A stretch of 64,000 bases of DNA from positions 224,001 to 288,000 of the forward strand of contig CAWFFN010000007.1 of assembly GCA_963815115.1 (NCBI GenBank). The letters run 5' to 3'. Positions 42,711 through 51,948 of this stretch are shown in pieces. Below the pieces are notes generated by a model. That model was not told the origin of the DNA. It saw only the letters and a list, made by a program, of their open reading frames with translations, and searched no databases. Both the position numbers and the translations under genes were made by a program. Position 1 is the stretch's first letter; every line of letters begins with the position of its first letter. The stretch is from an uncultured delta proteobacterium (lineage in GTDB: Bacteria; Desulfobacterota; Binatia; DP-6).

Positions 42711-44135
42711 TCAAGGCAGAGGAGCAGCTTGCGCCGGTCCGAGTCGCGCAAGTGCCGCGCGCAAGCGCGCGATCGTGCGATCGCGCCCGAGGACCTCGAG
42801 CACCTCGAAGATGCCCGGACTCGAGGTGCCACCCGTCACCGCGACGCGTACCGGCTGTGCGAGCTTTCCCAGCGTCAGGTCGTGCGTCGACAGCGTACGG
42901 TGGAAGGCTTCCTCTATGGAAGTCGTATCCCAACGCGGCAGTGTTTCCAAAATAGCCGCGAGGGTCTGCAACGCGGGCGCGATCTCGGGACGCAGGTGCG
43001 CCGCGGCCGCCTTCGGCGATGGCTGGACGTCATCGCACACGTAGAAGCGCAGGAGGTGCGCCAGCTCGCCCAGTGTCTTCGCGCGCTCCTGGAGGGTCGC
43101 GACCGCGCGCGTCAGCCATGCCCGGTCGGTGGGCACCGGGAGGCCCGCCTGCTCAAGGAAGGGGCAGACGCGGTCGGTGAGCTCCGGTGCGGGGAGGGCT
43201 TTCATGTACTGGAAGTTGAGCCATAGAAGCTTCTCGGCGTTGTAGACCGCCGCGGCCTTGCCGACGTGCTCGAGCGAGAAGTGCTCCACGAGCTCGGCAC
43301 GGGTGAAGATCTCCTGATCGCCGTGCGACCATCCCAGGCGGGCGATGAAGTTCACCATTGCCTCCGCGAGGTAGCCCCGCTCATGGTATTCGAACACCGA
43401 GCCGGCCCCGTGGCGCTTCGAGAGCCGCGTCTTGTCGGCGCCGAGGATCAGCGGCAGGTGGGCAAACTGCGGCAGCGCGGCCTCGAGCGCTCGATAGAGC
43501 AGTATCTGGCGCGGGGTGTTGGCCACGTGATCGTCGCCGCGCAGCACGTGGCTGATGCGCATGTCGACGTCGTCCACCACGACGCAGAAGTTGTAGACGG
43601 GTGACCCGTCGGAGCGCTGGATGATGAAGTCGTCGAGGTCCGCGTTCTGGAAGACGATGCGACCCTTGACGAGGTCGTCGATGACGGTCTCGCCGTCGAG
43701 CGGCGTGCGGAAGCGCACCGTGAAGGCGGTGCACCCAGGTGGCGGCGTCGGCCGCTCCCGGCAGGCACGATCGTAGGCCGGTCGTCGTCCCGCCGCGTTC
43801 GCGGCCTCGCGTCGCGCTTCCAGCTCCTCGGCGGTACACCAGCAGCGATAGACCTTGTCGCGCTCGAGGAGCCATCGGCCGTACTCGGCATAGAGGGGGT
43901 ACCGCCGCGACTGAAAGAACGGTCCCTCGTCCCAGTCGAGCCCGAGCCACTGAAAGCCCTCGAGGTATTCCTGCACCGAGGCCTCCGTCGAGCGCTCGCG
44001 ATCGGTATCCTCGAAGCGGAGGATGAACTGCCCGCCGTGGTGACGGGCGAAGAGCCAGTTGAACAGCGCGGTACGCGCGCTTCCGAGGTGGAGGTGGCCG
44101 GTGGGACTGGGCGGAAAGCGGGTGCGGACCGGCAT
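42711..44135 (-). CDS. gltX: Glutamate--tRNA ligase
   Basis: RFPPSPTGHLHLG, RFEDTD, RGDDH and RLSKR motifs. Confidence 0.97.
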   Translation of the reverse strand: MPVRTRFPPSPTGHLHLGSARTALFNWLFARHHGGQFILRFEDTDRERSTEASVQEYLEGFQWLGLDWDEGPFFQSRRYPLYAEYGRWLLERDKVYRCWCTAEELEARREAANAAGRRPAYDRACRERPTPPPGCTAFTVRFRTPLDGETVIDDLVKGRIVFQNADLDDFIIQRSDGSPVYNFCVVVDDVDMRISHVLRGDDHVANTPRQILLYRALEAALPQFAHLPLILGADKTRLSKRHGAGSVFEYHERGYLAEAMVNFIARLGWSHGDQEIFTRAELVEHFSLEHVGKAAAVYNAEKLLWLNFQYMKALPAPELTDRVCPFLEQAGLPVPTDRAWLTRAVATLQERAKTLGELAHLLRFYVCDDVQPSPKAAAAHLRPEIAPALQTLAAILETLPRWDTTSIEEAFHRTLSTHDLTLGKLAQPVRVAVTGGTSSPGIFEVLEVLGRDRTIARLRAALARLGPAQAAPLP

Positions 44136-44264
44136 GGCCGCGACCTAACGGGAGGGATCCTCGATGTCAAACTTCCGGGGGTCCCGGGCAGATACGGGTT
44201 TGAGCCTCCTCGGAGGCGGCTGCATACTGAAGGGGCCGGCAGGGGGCTGCCGGCACTCGCGGCG

Positions 44265-44648
44265 ATGGCAGGCAAGAAGATCCTGGTAGTCGAGGACAAC
44301 GAGGACAACCGCCGGATACTCGTGTACCGCCTCCGGAAGATCGGTGAGTTCGACATCCGGGAGGCCACCAACGGCCTGGAGGCGCTGGACCAGGTGCAGC
44401 GCGATCCGCCGCACCTCATCTTCATGGACCTGAAGATGCCGGTGATGGACGGATGGGAGGCCACACGCCGGATACGCGAGATGGCCGGCGGGGACGCGGT
44501 GCGGATCATCGCGCTCACGGCGCAGGCGATGGAGGGCGACGAGGAGAAGGCGCTGGCGATCGGGTGTGACGACTACCTCGCGAAGCCGGTGGTCGACCCC
44601 TCGCTGGTGCGCGAGAAGCTCGAGCGGCTCCTGGGCGTGGCTGCCTGA
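44265..44648 (+). CDS. Single-domain response regulator (DivK/CheY-like)
   Basis: VEDN, MDLKMP, ALTA and AKP motifs. Confidence 0.92.
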   Translation: MAGKKILVVEDNEDNRRILVYRLRKIGEFDIREATNGLEALDQVQRDPPHLIFMDLKMPVMDGWEATRRIREMAGGDAVRIIALTAQAMEGDEEKALAIGCDDYLAKPVVDPSLVREKLERLLGVAA

Positions 44649-44800
44649 GAGCGGCGGGAGCGTACCCTCTCCCTTCCTTCACCGTACCTTCATGGACAAG
44701 ACGCTATCAGTATGTTCCCTTCCTGCCGGTGGTAGCGAGGTCCGGCGGGGAAGGCACTCTGAAGAATGAGCCAAGCGTCTGCCGTTCGGCGGGAGCGCCG

Positions 44801-47164
44801 GTGACCGGGGCCGCTCCGCCGAAGGCCGCCGAGCTCCTGAGCGTCGTGGTCCCGGCGTACGACGAGGCGCCGAACCTGGAGCGGCTCGTGTCCGAGGTCC
44901 GCGATGCGCTCGACGCGGCCGGTGTCGCCTGGGAGCTGATCGTGGTCGACGACGGCAGCAGCGACGAGACGCCCGCCGTCCTGGATGCGCTCGCCGCGGC
45001 GGAGCCTCGCCTCCGCCCCCTCCGCCACGCGACGCGACGCGGGCAGACCGCGGCCATCGCGACCGGTTTCGGCGCAGCACGCGGCGAGCTGATCGCCACC
45101 CTCGACGCCGACCTGCAGTGTCGCCCGGAAGAGCTGCCGCGTCTGCTCGCGGCGCTGGGCGATGCCGACGCCGTCTGCGGGGTGCGCATCGGGCGACAGG
45201 ACCCCGGGTCGCGCCGCCTGGCGTCCATGCTGGCGAATGGCGCCCGGCGCATGCTCCTCGCGCCGGGCCTGCGCGATCTGGCGTGTCCCGCGCGCGTGAT
45301 GCGGGCGAGTGCGCTGGCGCGGCTCGCCGACGTGACGCCGCTCTTCGACGGCGCCCACCGCTGGCTGCCTGCGCTCTTCGCGCTGGCGGGGCTTCGTGTC
45401 GTACAGGTCCCGCTTCGCCACTGGCCCCGCCACGCGGGCGTTTCGAAGTACACCACGCGCGGGCGGCTCGGCCCGATCGCGCGCGAGACCGTTCGCGTGG
45501 CCCGGCTCACGTTTCGACGCTCCTGGCGGCAGCGTACGTTCTTCGCCGCAATCGTGCTCGTGCTCGTCGCCACGCCGTACTTTTACGCGCTCGGGCGTTG
45601 GCCGCTCATCGAGCCGGACGAGGGCCGCAATGCCGAGGTGGCGCGCGAGATGCTCGAGCTCGGGCGCTGGAGCGTGCCCCACTTCAACCAGATCCCGTAC
45701 CTCGACAAGCCCACGATGCTCTTCTGGCTCATCGCGGGCTCGTACAAGGTCGTGGGCGTGAACGAGTTCGCCGCCCGCTTGCCGGCGGCAATGAGCGCCG
45801 TCGCGACCGTCGGACTCACCTGGGCGCTCGCGCGGCGGCTCGTGGGAGGCCCGCGAGCGCTACTCGCCGCAGCCATCGTGGCGACGGCGCCGCTCGTCCT
45901 GATCTTCGCGCGCCTGGCGATCTTCGACATGCCGTTCACGGCCTTCGTCACCCTCGCGCTCTGGTGCCTGGTGCGCGCTCGCCTGGACGGTGGAGCAGGG
46001 TGGCTGGTCCCGCTGGCCGGCCTGGCCATGGCCGCCGCGACGCTCACCAAGGGGCCGGTCGGCGTCGCGCTTCCGCTGCTCTCCTGGCTGGCCGGTCGCG
46101 GAGCGCTGCCCGCGCCGCGGGAGCGCACCCCTCGGCGCGCGTTGCTCCTCGCCGGTCTCCTGTTCGTGGCGGCGGTCGGATCCTGGATCGCCATGGTCCA
46201 GCGCTACGAGCCCGGCTTCCTTCACTACGCCCTGGTCGACGAGACCTTCCTGCGCTTCACGTCGGTCGATCGCTTCCGTCGGGGTGGCGCGCCGTACCTC
46301 TACCCGCTCACGCTGGTGTGGGCCCTTGCGCCCTGGAGCGTGTTGCTGGTCGGGGTAGCGCCCGAGCTCGGACGGTGCTGGCGCTTGCCGACGTCCGACG
46401 GGACGGCGCTGCGGTTCGCGACCCGGGTGGCGGGGACCATGATCGTCTTCTTCACCCTCTCCGCCTCGAAGCGGCCCCAGTACATCCTTCCCGCCCTGGT
46501 TCCGCTCGCGATCGTGTGCGCTGTCGGGATCGCCAGACGGCCGGAACGAGCCGCTGGCGCGCTGCGTGCCGGCGCGCTGGGCGCGGTGGTCGGCGGGAGC
46601 GCCCTGGTGGTTGGTGCCATGCACGGGCTGCACCTCGAAGGGGCGGAAGCCTCGGCGGCGTCGGCCTCCGTTCTCATGGCGGGTGGTCTCGTCCTCGTTG
46701 CATGGGGCGCGTTCACCGTCGCAATCCACCGGGTCGGCGCATGGCCGACCATCGCCTGCGCGACGCTCCTCTCGCCCGGAGCCGGGTTCGTCCTTCTCGG
46801 GGCGCTGGCTCCGTGGGTCGACGTGCGCTCTGCGCGCACCCTGGCGACGCTCGTGCCGCCGGGCGCGAATATCGTCGCGTTCCAGCAGTTCCGCACCAGC
46901 TTGCCGTTCTACCTGCGGCGCCCCGTCCCGCTGCTCAGCACGACGGCCGGCGAGCTCACCAGCAACTACATCTGCGCCAACCGGAGTCGCTTCGCCGGCG
47001 GTCCGAACCTGGCGCGCCCCCCCGCCCTCAGGACGATGCTTGCGAGCGGCGAGCCCCTCTACGTCGTCACGCGGCACTCCAAGCTCGACCAGGTCGCCGA
47101 GCTCTCGGGCGGCGCGCTGCGTCCCGTCGACGCGGATGCGCGCAGCGTGCTCCTGCGGCGCTAG
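44801..47164 (+). CDS. Fusion of GT2 (ArnC/DPM-like) and ArnT/PMT-type (GT-C) membrane glycosyltransferase
   Basis: VVPAYDE, VDDGS, DADLQ and GVSKY motifs, then EPDEGRNAE, YLDKP, LTKGPVG and SKRPQYILP; start uncertain. Confidence 0.88.
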   Translation: MTGAAPPKAAELLSVVVPAYDEAPNLERLVSEVRDALDAAGVAWELIVVDDGSSDETPAVLDALAAAEPRLRPLRHATRRGQTAAIATGFGAARGELIATLDADLQCRPEELPRLLAALGDADAVCGVRIGRQDPGSRRLASMLANGARRMLLAPGLRDLACPARVMRASALARLADVTPLFDGAHRWLPALFALAGLRVVQVPLRHWPRHAGVSKYTTRGRLGPIARETVRVARLTFRRSWRQRTFFAAIVLVLVATPYFYALGRWPLIEPDEGRNAEVAREMLELGRWSVPHFNQIPYLDKPTMLFWLIAGSYKVVGVNEFAARLPAAMSAVATVGLTWALARRLVGGPRALLAAAIVATAPLVLIFARLAIFDMPFTAFVTLALWCLVRARLDGGAGWLVPLAGLAMAAATLTKGPVGVALPLLSWLAGRGALPAPRERTPRRALLLAGLLFVAAVGSWIAMVQRYEPGFLHYALVDETFLRFTSVDRFRRGGAPYLYPLTLVWALAPWSVLLVGVAPELGRCWRLPTSDGTALRFATRVAGTMIVFFTLSASKRPQYILPALVPLAIVCAVGIARRPERAAGALRAGALGAVVGGSALVVGAMHGLHLEGAEASAASASVLMAGGLVLVAWGAFTVAIHRVGAWPTIACATLLSPGAGFVLLGALAPWVDVRSARTLATLVPPGANIVAFQQFRTSLPFYLRRPVPLLSTTAGELTSNYICANRSRFAGGPNLARPPALRTMLASGEPLYVVTRHSKLDQVAELSGGALRPVDADARSVLLRR

Positions 47165-47167
47165 GCC

Positions 47168-49015
47168 GTGTGCGGCATCTACGGAGTCGTCGGGCCGGCG
47201 AGCGACACGCTCGCCGGGGGAATGGGCGCCACGCTGGCGCATCGCGGACCGGACGGCGACGGGACGCGCACGGTGGGCGACGCCACGCTGGGATGCCGGC
47301 GCCTGGCGATCATCGACGTCGCAGGGGGTGCGCAGCCTCTCACCAACGAGACCGGCGACGTGGTCGCGGTCTGCAACGGTGAGATCTACAACCACGCCGC
47401 GCTCCGCGACCGCCTCACCGCGCGCGGCCATCGCTTCCGAACGCGCAGCGACGCCGAGGTGCTCCCGCACCTCTACGAGGAGCACGGACCGGACCTGGTG
47501 CACGAGCTCGAAGGGATGTTCGCGCTCGCCGTCTGGGACGTGCGCGCACGCCGGCTCGTGCTGGCCCGTGACCGTCTGGGAGAAAAGCCGCTCTACCATG
47601 CCGTCGCCGGCGACCATCTCCTCTTCGCCTCGGAGCCGAAGGCGCTCATCGCGACCGGCGCGGTGCGTGCCGAGCCGAACTGGTCGGCCCTCGGCTCATA
47701 TCTCTGCCAGGGCTACGTTCCGTGGCCGGCGAGCGCGTTCGCCGGCATCGAGAAGCTGCCGCCGGGCGGACGGCTGGTACGAGGCCCCGACGGCGCACGG
47801 GTGGATCGCTACTGGAACGCGCCGGCCTGGTGCGCCGCGCCGGCGCTCGACGTCGACCTGTCTTCGGCCGCCACGCAACTGCGAGCGGAGCTGACCCGCG
47901 CGGTACAGGCCGCGCTCATGAGCGACGTGCCGCTCGGTCTCTTCCTGTCGGGCGGCCTCGACTCGACGGCGATGGCCGCGCTCGCCCGGCCCAACCTCGA
48001 CGCGCTCGCCACGTTCTCCATCGGCTTCGACGTGCCCGGGTTCGACGAGCTCGACTACGCGGGCCAGGCGGCGCGCGCCTTCGCGACGCGGCACCGCACG
48101 CTGACCGTCACGCCGGCACTGCTGCTGGAGGGCGTCCATGCGCTGGCGCGCCAGCTCGACGAGCCGCTGGCCGATCCGGCCGTCGTTCCGACGTTTCTCC
48201 TCTCCCGGATGGCACGCGAGGACGTCAAGGTCGTGCTCGTGGGGGAGGGCGGCGACGAGCTCCTCGCCGGCTACCCGACGTACCTGGCAGCGAGGCTGGC
48301 GGCGCGCTACCGCCGCCTCCCGGCCGTGGCGCGCGGGTGGCTCGCGTCGGCGGCCCGATCGGCGGGCGCGTCCGCCGGCAACACCACGCTGCGCTATCTG
48401 GTGCGGCGCTTCATCGAGGAGGCGGATGCAGCGCCCGCCGCCCGCCACCGCGCCTGGACGGGCTGCATGTCGAACGCGCGGCTCGCCGCGATGGTCGCCC
48501 CCGGCAGCCCACTCACCATCCCGCCGGAGCCGGCGGCCGTGACCGCCCGCACGGAGCTCGACGGGCTGCTCGCGCTCGATCTCGAGGGCTACCTGCCCGA
48601 CGACCTGCTTGCCAAGATCGATCGCGCCGGCATGGCGGCATCGCTCGAGGCGCGCGCCCCCTTCGTGAACCATCGTTTCGTGGAGTTCGCCTGCCGGCTT
48701 CCGATCGGGCACAAGCTGCGCGGCCTGCAGACCAAGCGCGTCCTGCGCCGCGCCATGACCGGCCTCGTCCCGGCAGCGATCGTGCGCCGGACGAAGCGCG
48801 GTCTCACCGTTCCGCTCGCCACCTGGCTCGCCGGCCCGCTGCGCGAGTTCGCCACCGACACGCTCGGCCGCCTGGACAAGCGGCTGATCCGGGAAGACGC
48901 GGTGCGCGAGCTGCTCGGGGATCACGTCGCCCGCCGCCGGGACAACCGGCGCGAGCTCTGGGCATTGATCATGCTGCAGCTCTGGCTGGAGCACTTCGTG
49001 ACGCGCGGTCGCTGA
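47168..49015 (+). CDS. asnB: Asparagine synthase (glutamine-hydrolysing) family amidotransferase
   Basis: MCGI, HRGPD, NGEIYN, LSGGLDS, GEGGDE and SLEARAPF motifs. Confidence 0.92.
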   Translation: MCGIYGVVGPASDTLAGGMGATLAHRGPDGDGTRTVGDATLGCRRLAIIDVAGGAQPLTNETGDVVAVCNGEIYNHAALRDRLTARGHRFRTRSDAEVLPHLYEEHGPDLVHELEGMFALAVWDVRARRLVLARDRLGEKPLYHAVAGDHLLFASEPKALIATGAVRAEPNWSALGSYLCQGYVPWPASAFAGIEKLPPGGRLVRGPDGARVDRYWNAPAWCAAPALDVDLSSAATQLRAELTRAVQAALMSDVPLGLFLSGGLDSTAMAALARPNLDALATFSIGFDVPGFDELDYAGQAARAFATRHRTLTVTPALLLEGVHALARQLDEPLADPAVVPTFLLSRMAREDVKVVLVGEGGDELLAGYPTYLAARLAARYRRLPAVARGWLASAARSAGASAGNTTLRYLVRRFIEEADAAPAARHRAWTGCMSNARLAAMVAPGSPLTIPPEPAAVTARTELDGLLALDLEGYLPDDLLAKIDRAGMAASLEARAPFVNHRFVEFACRLPIGHKLRGLQTKRVLRRAMTGLVPAAIVRRTKRGLTVPLATWLAGPLREFATDTLGRLDKRLIREDAVRELLGDHVARRRDNRRELWALIMLQLWLEHFVTRGR

Positions 49016-49029
49016 AGCGCCCACCGCGC

Positions 49030-49770
49030 TCAGAGACTCTCGAGGATCGCGCGGCGCTTCGCATCGTATTCTGCTGGTGTGATCGTTCCGCCGGCGCGCA
49101 GCCGTTCAAGTGCTTGGAGCCTTTGCTCCACGGTCGCCGCAGCAGTTCCCGCTGGCGGGTTGTGACTCTCCGCGAACGCCTTCGCCGCAGGGCGTTCCGG
49201 CGGCGCGTTGCGCCGGTACTCCCCTGTGTAGACCATCCGGCTCACGAGCTTGGCCGTCCGTACCATCGCGTTCTCGACCGCACCCTCCTCGCTCCAGCCC
49301 TTGTTGGCGCCACGGCTTTCGGTGAACTCACCCACCACGCTTCCGTCCGCTCGTCTCACTGTGCCGTATACGTCGAACTCCGAGTGGCCGGCCCCCATCC
49401 CGATGAGTATGCGCTTCGCTGTGCTACCGCCGTTGATCGCATCGATGCTGCCTGTGATGTTGAGCTGCCCAGTGAGGGGCGCACCCTCGGGGATCACCAC
49501 GGCTTGATAGCCAAGGCCCGATAGCTGCTCGGCGAGAACTTGAGCGTATCGCATGCCGATCGTTTGGAGGGAGCCCGAGTATCGCCGGACGACTGCATCA
49601 CTCGGCACCGCGAACTCCTGTACCGAAATACTCGCGCCACTCGGAGCGCCCGTTCGCGGCGTGGGGCAGCCGCACAGAGCGACGAGCAGCGTCAGGCTGA
49701 TCCAGTCCAGCCGCCCGAAGTTCTGGCTGGAGGCGTTACCGCTCGGGCCGTTCCAGCGGATGGTGGGCAT
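49030..49770 (-). CDS. DUF4410-like lipoprotein with C-terminal SHOCT domain
   Basis: Lipobox LCGC; 'GSTAKRILIGMGAG'; C-terminal 'LERLRAGGTITPAEYDAKRRAIL'. Confidence 0.72.
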   Translation of the reverse strand: MPTIRWNGPSGNASSQNFGRLDWISLTLLVALCGCPTPRTGAPSGASISVQEFAVPSDAVVRRYSGSLQTIGMRYAQVLAEQLSGLGYQAVVIPEGAPLTGQLNITGSIDAINGGSTAKRILIGMGAGHSEFDVYGTVRRADGSVVGEFTESRGANKGWSEEGAVENAMVRTAKLVSRMVYTGEYRRNAPPERPAAKAFAESHNPPAGTAAATVEQRLQALERLRAGGTITPAEYDAKRRAILESL

Positions 49771-50068
49771 CGTGGACCATGTACCAGGCTCTCTCGGCGC
49801 CTTACAAGCACATTCCGGGGCGGGCTAGATCGTTGCGCTGACGGTGTGGTGCTGTCCGGGGACACTACGCTCGCATGGACGTGGAAGCCGACTGGACGAT
49901 CCGACCTGCGAGGTTGGGGTTGCCGTGCGCCGCAGACGCCTGCGCCCGGGGGCGGACGCTGCGGACGCGTTGGGAGTGCAGCAGATGGGTTCCTGAACCC
50001 CGACCCGTCGCCTCACAGGAGGTTGCGAGCACCGACGTGGCCGTGTAACTCCGCGAGTTACTTACGTC

Positions 50069-50105
50069 GAGCCGTTAGCTCAGTCGGTAGAGCAGCTGCC
50101 TTTTA
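50069..50105 (+). tRNA. tRNA-Lys(TTT), 5' half (positions 1-37) of an interrupted gene
   Basis: GAGCCGTTAGCTCAGTCGGTAGAGCAGCTGCCTTTTA, followed by unrelated sequence. Confidence 0.9.
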
Positions 50106-50764
50106 CGGTGACCGCCAACACGTTGATCGGCGGTACGACAAGCACGACGAGTACGACGAGTACGACGACCACGCGACCCTGCACGAGCGCGGCCTGTACG
50201 ACGACCACGCTACCCTGCACGAGCGCGACCTGTACCTTGCGAGCTGCCCTCACTGGCGCCGCGTGCGTAGGTCAGCCCATTCCGGCAAGCGTCGCCGGTA
50301 AGCTCACGACGGCCGCGTATCTCATCGATAAGGCCACCATGGCTTCCGCCAAGAAGGCCCGCAAGCTCCGCCAGCGAGCGAAGCACCTCCTCAAGCGGGC
50401 GGGTGCGACGGCGACGCATGCCGCGAAGGGCAAGAAGGCGAAGCTGTCGGCCGCGTGCGCCACCGCCCTGAAGGACGCCGCGCGGGCAGTGTGGCCGCGC
50501 GGACCACTCGGAACACGGGCGCGCTGATCGCGCGGGCCGCTCCGAAGGCGAGGTCTCGTTTGGAACGTGCGACTACTCCCCCCGCTCGGCAGCGGGTCCA
50601 AGTGGTATGCCCTCGATTGGCTTGTACTCGGTGTGTACCGGGTGTGTACCGGAACGGGTCCCCATCCCTCGCCATCCCGGGCGTGGGCGAAGGACGAAAG
50701 GCTCGCCGTTTCGCGCCTGGGATGGTGTCGGATGGGCTGGTGCACAGCACGATGGCGCCTTTTA
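50098..50764. mobile_element. 659-bp insert (integrative-element remnant) bounded by the direct repeat GCCTTTTA
   Basis: Direct repeat at 50098-50105 and 50757-50764; tandem GGTGTGTACCG x2 at 50630-50651; no integrase gene. Confidence 0.7.
50102..50527 (+). pseudogene. 3' fragment of a secreted-protein gene (Thr linker plus Cys/Lys/Ala-rich C-terminal domain)
   Basis: FTVTANT...TTSTTSTTSTTTT...CTSAAC...ACVGQPIP...AAKGKKAKLSAAC; no signal peptide or RBS. Confidence 0.6.
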
Positions 50765-50800
50765 AGCAGCGGGTCACTGGTTCGATCCCAGTACGGCTCA
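50757..50800 (+). tRNA. tRNA-Lys(TTT), 3' half (positions 30-73)
   Basis: GCCTTTTAAGCAGCGGGTCACTGGTTCGATCCCAGTACGGCTCA; pairs perfectly with the 5' half. Confidence 0.9.
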
Positions 50801-51003
50801 CTCGTTTCCGCCGGCGGTTCAGGGGCTTGGCGGCCCAACGCCGCAGCAGCCTTCTCTGGTAGCCGCTCGGTGCTACCTGTGGTTGCTACTCGATCGCGTG
50901 CGACGCGTTGCGCGGCGTCGAGCTTGTGGGCGGCGCAGCGCAACGAAGGCCGACGCAGCGGCGCTCGCCACGAGCGCGAAGGGCGGCCGGCTCACGAGGC
51001 TGT

Positions 51004-51471
51004 TCACCGCGAAGCCGGCGCGCGCTTCGAATTGAGTTCCTTCCAGCGCCGGATCATGTCGTGCCCTTCGGCGCGTCTCTTCTCGAGGTGCTCGTACCAC
51101 GGCTCGTCGAACTGGGTGAATTCGACCACGTTGCTGTCGGGGTCGCGGATCGCGGTGATCGTCATCGGCCCCATCTTCCGCGGCGGATAGAGGAGCTGCA
51201 CCCCGTGCGCCGCGAGCCTCTTCACGTGAACCTCCATATCGAACACCTCGAACGCGAGCTTCACGGAGCCCACGCCGCAGCCTTCCCCCGCGAAGTTCTC
51301 GACGGGGTGGATCGCGAAGTGGAGGTCGCCGAGTTCGCAGCCATAGTGCTTGAGCGACGGCCCGTGCTCCTCCTCCTCGAGCGGCACGCCGATCACGTCG
51401 CGGTAGAAGGCCGCCAGGCGATCGTGGTTGGGGGAAGCAAGTAGCACGGCGCCGAGGAACTCTACCTTCAT
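51004..51471 (-). CDS. VOC/glyoxalase family protein
   Basis: 'LAAFYRDVIG', 'LAFEVFD' and 'IRDPDSNVVE' motifs; GGAGG RBS. Confidence 0.85.
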   Translation of the reverse strand: MKVEFLGAVLLASPNHDRLAAFYRDVIGVPLEEEEHGPSLKHYGCELGDLHFAIHPVENFAGEGCGVGSVKLAFEVFDMEVHVKRLAAHGVQLLYPPRKMGPMTITAIRDPDSNVVEFTQFDEPWYEHLEKRRAEGHDMIRRWKELNSKRAPASR

Positions 51472-51554
51472 GAAGACCTCCAAGCGGCCAGCATGGCCGG
51501 CGACTGGTGATGGACGAGCCTCGGAAGGGTGTCGCTGACGAGTCGAGTCGTGCG

Positions 51555-51602
51555 TTGACTTAGCGGATCGGCTAATCATATGCTTAGCTCAGGTGCTAAG
51601 CA
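51555..51602 (+). promoter_or_regulatory. Promoter overlapped by two TTAGC-N6-GCTAA operators (probable ArsR-family sites)
   Basis: TTGACT at -35 and TATGCT at -10; palindromes at 51560-51575 and 51581-51602. Confidence 0.7.
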
Positions 51603-51615
51603 AAGGAGGTTCGCG

Positions 51616-51948
51616 GTGAGCACGGAACACGGCGAGACGGTGATCTGCCACTACCACGTGAAGTCCGGCTCCGAGAAGGAGTTCGAAGCGCTGCTGCGCC
51701 GGCACTGGTCGACGCTGAAGCGACTCGGGACCGTGACGGACGAGCCGAGTCAGATCTATCGAGGCGTTGACGGGAAGGGCCGTCCGACGTTCTGGGAGAT
51801 CTTCACCTGGAAAAGTCCAGGGGCCTTCCAGCAGGCGCACACTCATCCGGACGTGCTCGCGATCTGGGAGCCGATGGACGTGCTGTGCGAGCCGCGCGAC
51901 GGGCGTCCGAACATGGAGTTCCCGCACGTCGAGCGCCTCGAGCTGTGA
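51616..51948 (+). CDS. Small dimeric alpha-beta barrel (ABM-like) protein
   Basis: 'YHVKSGSEKEFEALL...EIFTWKS...AHTHP'; AGGAGG RBS. Confidence 0.7.
   Translation: MSTEHGETVICHYHVKSGSEKEFEALLRRHWSTLKRLGTVTDEPSQIYRGVDGKGRPTFWEIFTWKSPGAFQQAHTHPDVLAIWEPMDVLCEPRDGRPNMEFPHVERLEL

Noticed and set aside
50134-50235. Short tandem repeats (ACGACGAGT; ACCCTGCACGAGCGCG x2) as CRISPR or VNTR
   Set aside because: They encode the Thr linker and a duplicated PCTSA peptide; there is no repeat-spacer periodicity and no cas genes.
49540-50301. 253-aa + strand ORF
   Set aside because: It overlaps the DUF4410-like gene antisense and reads through the tRNA half; spurious.
50106-50764. Group I or group II intron in tRNA-Lys
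   Set aside because: No placement within the 8-bp redundancy gives exon-U/terminal-G or GUGYG...AY ends; the interior is a protein-gene fragment.
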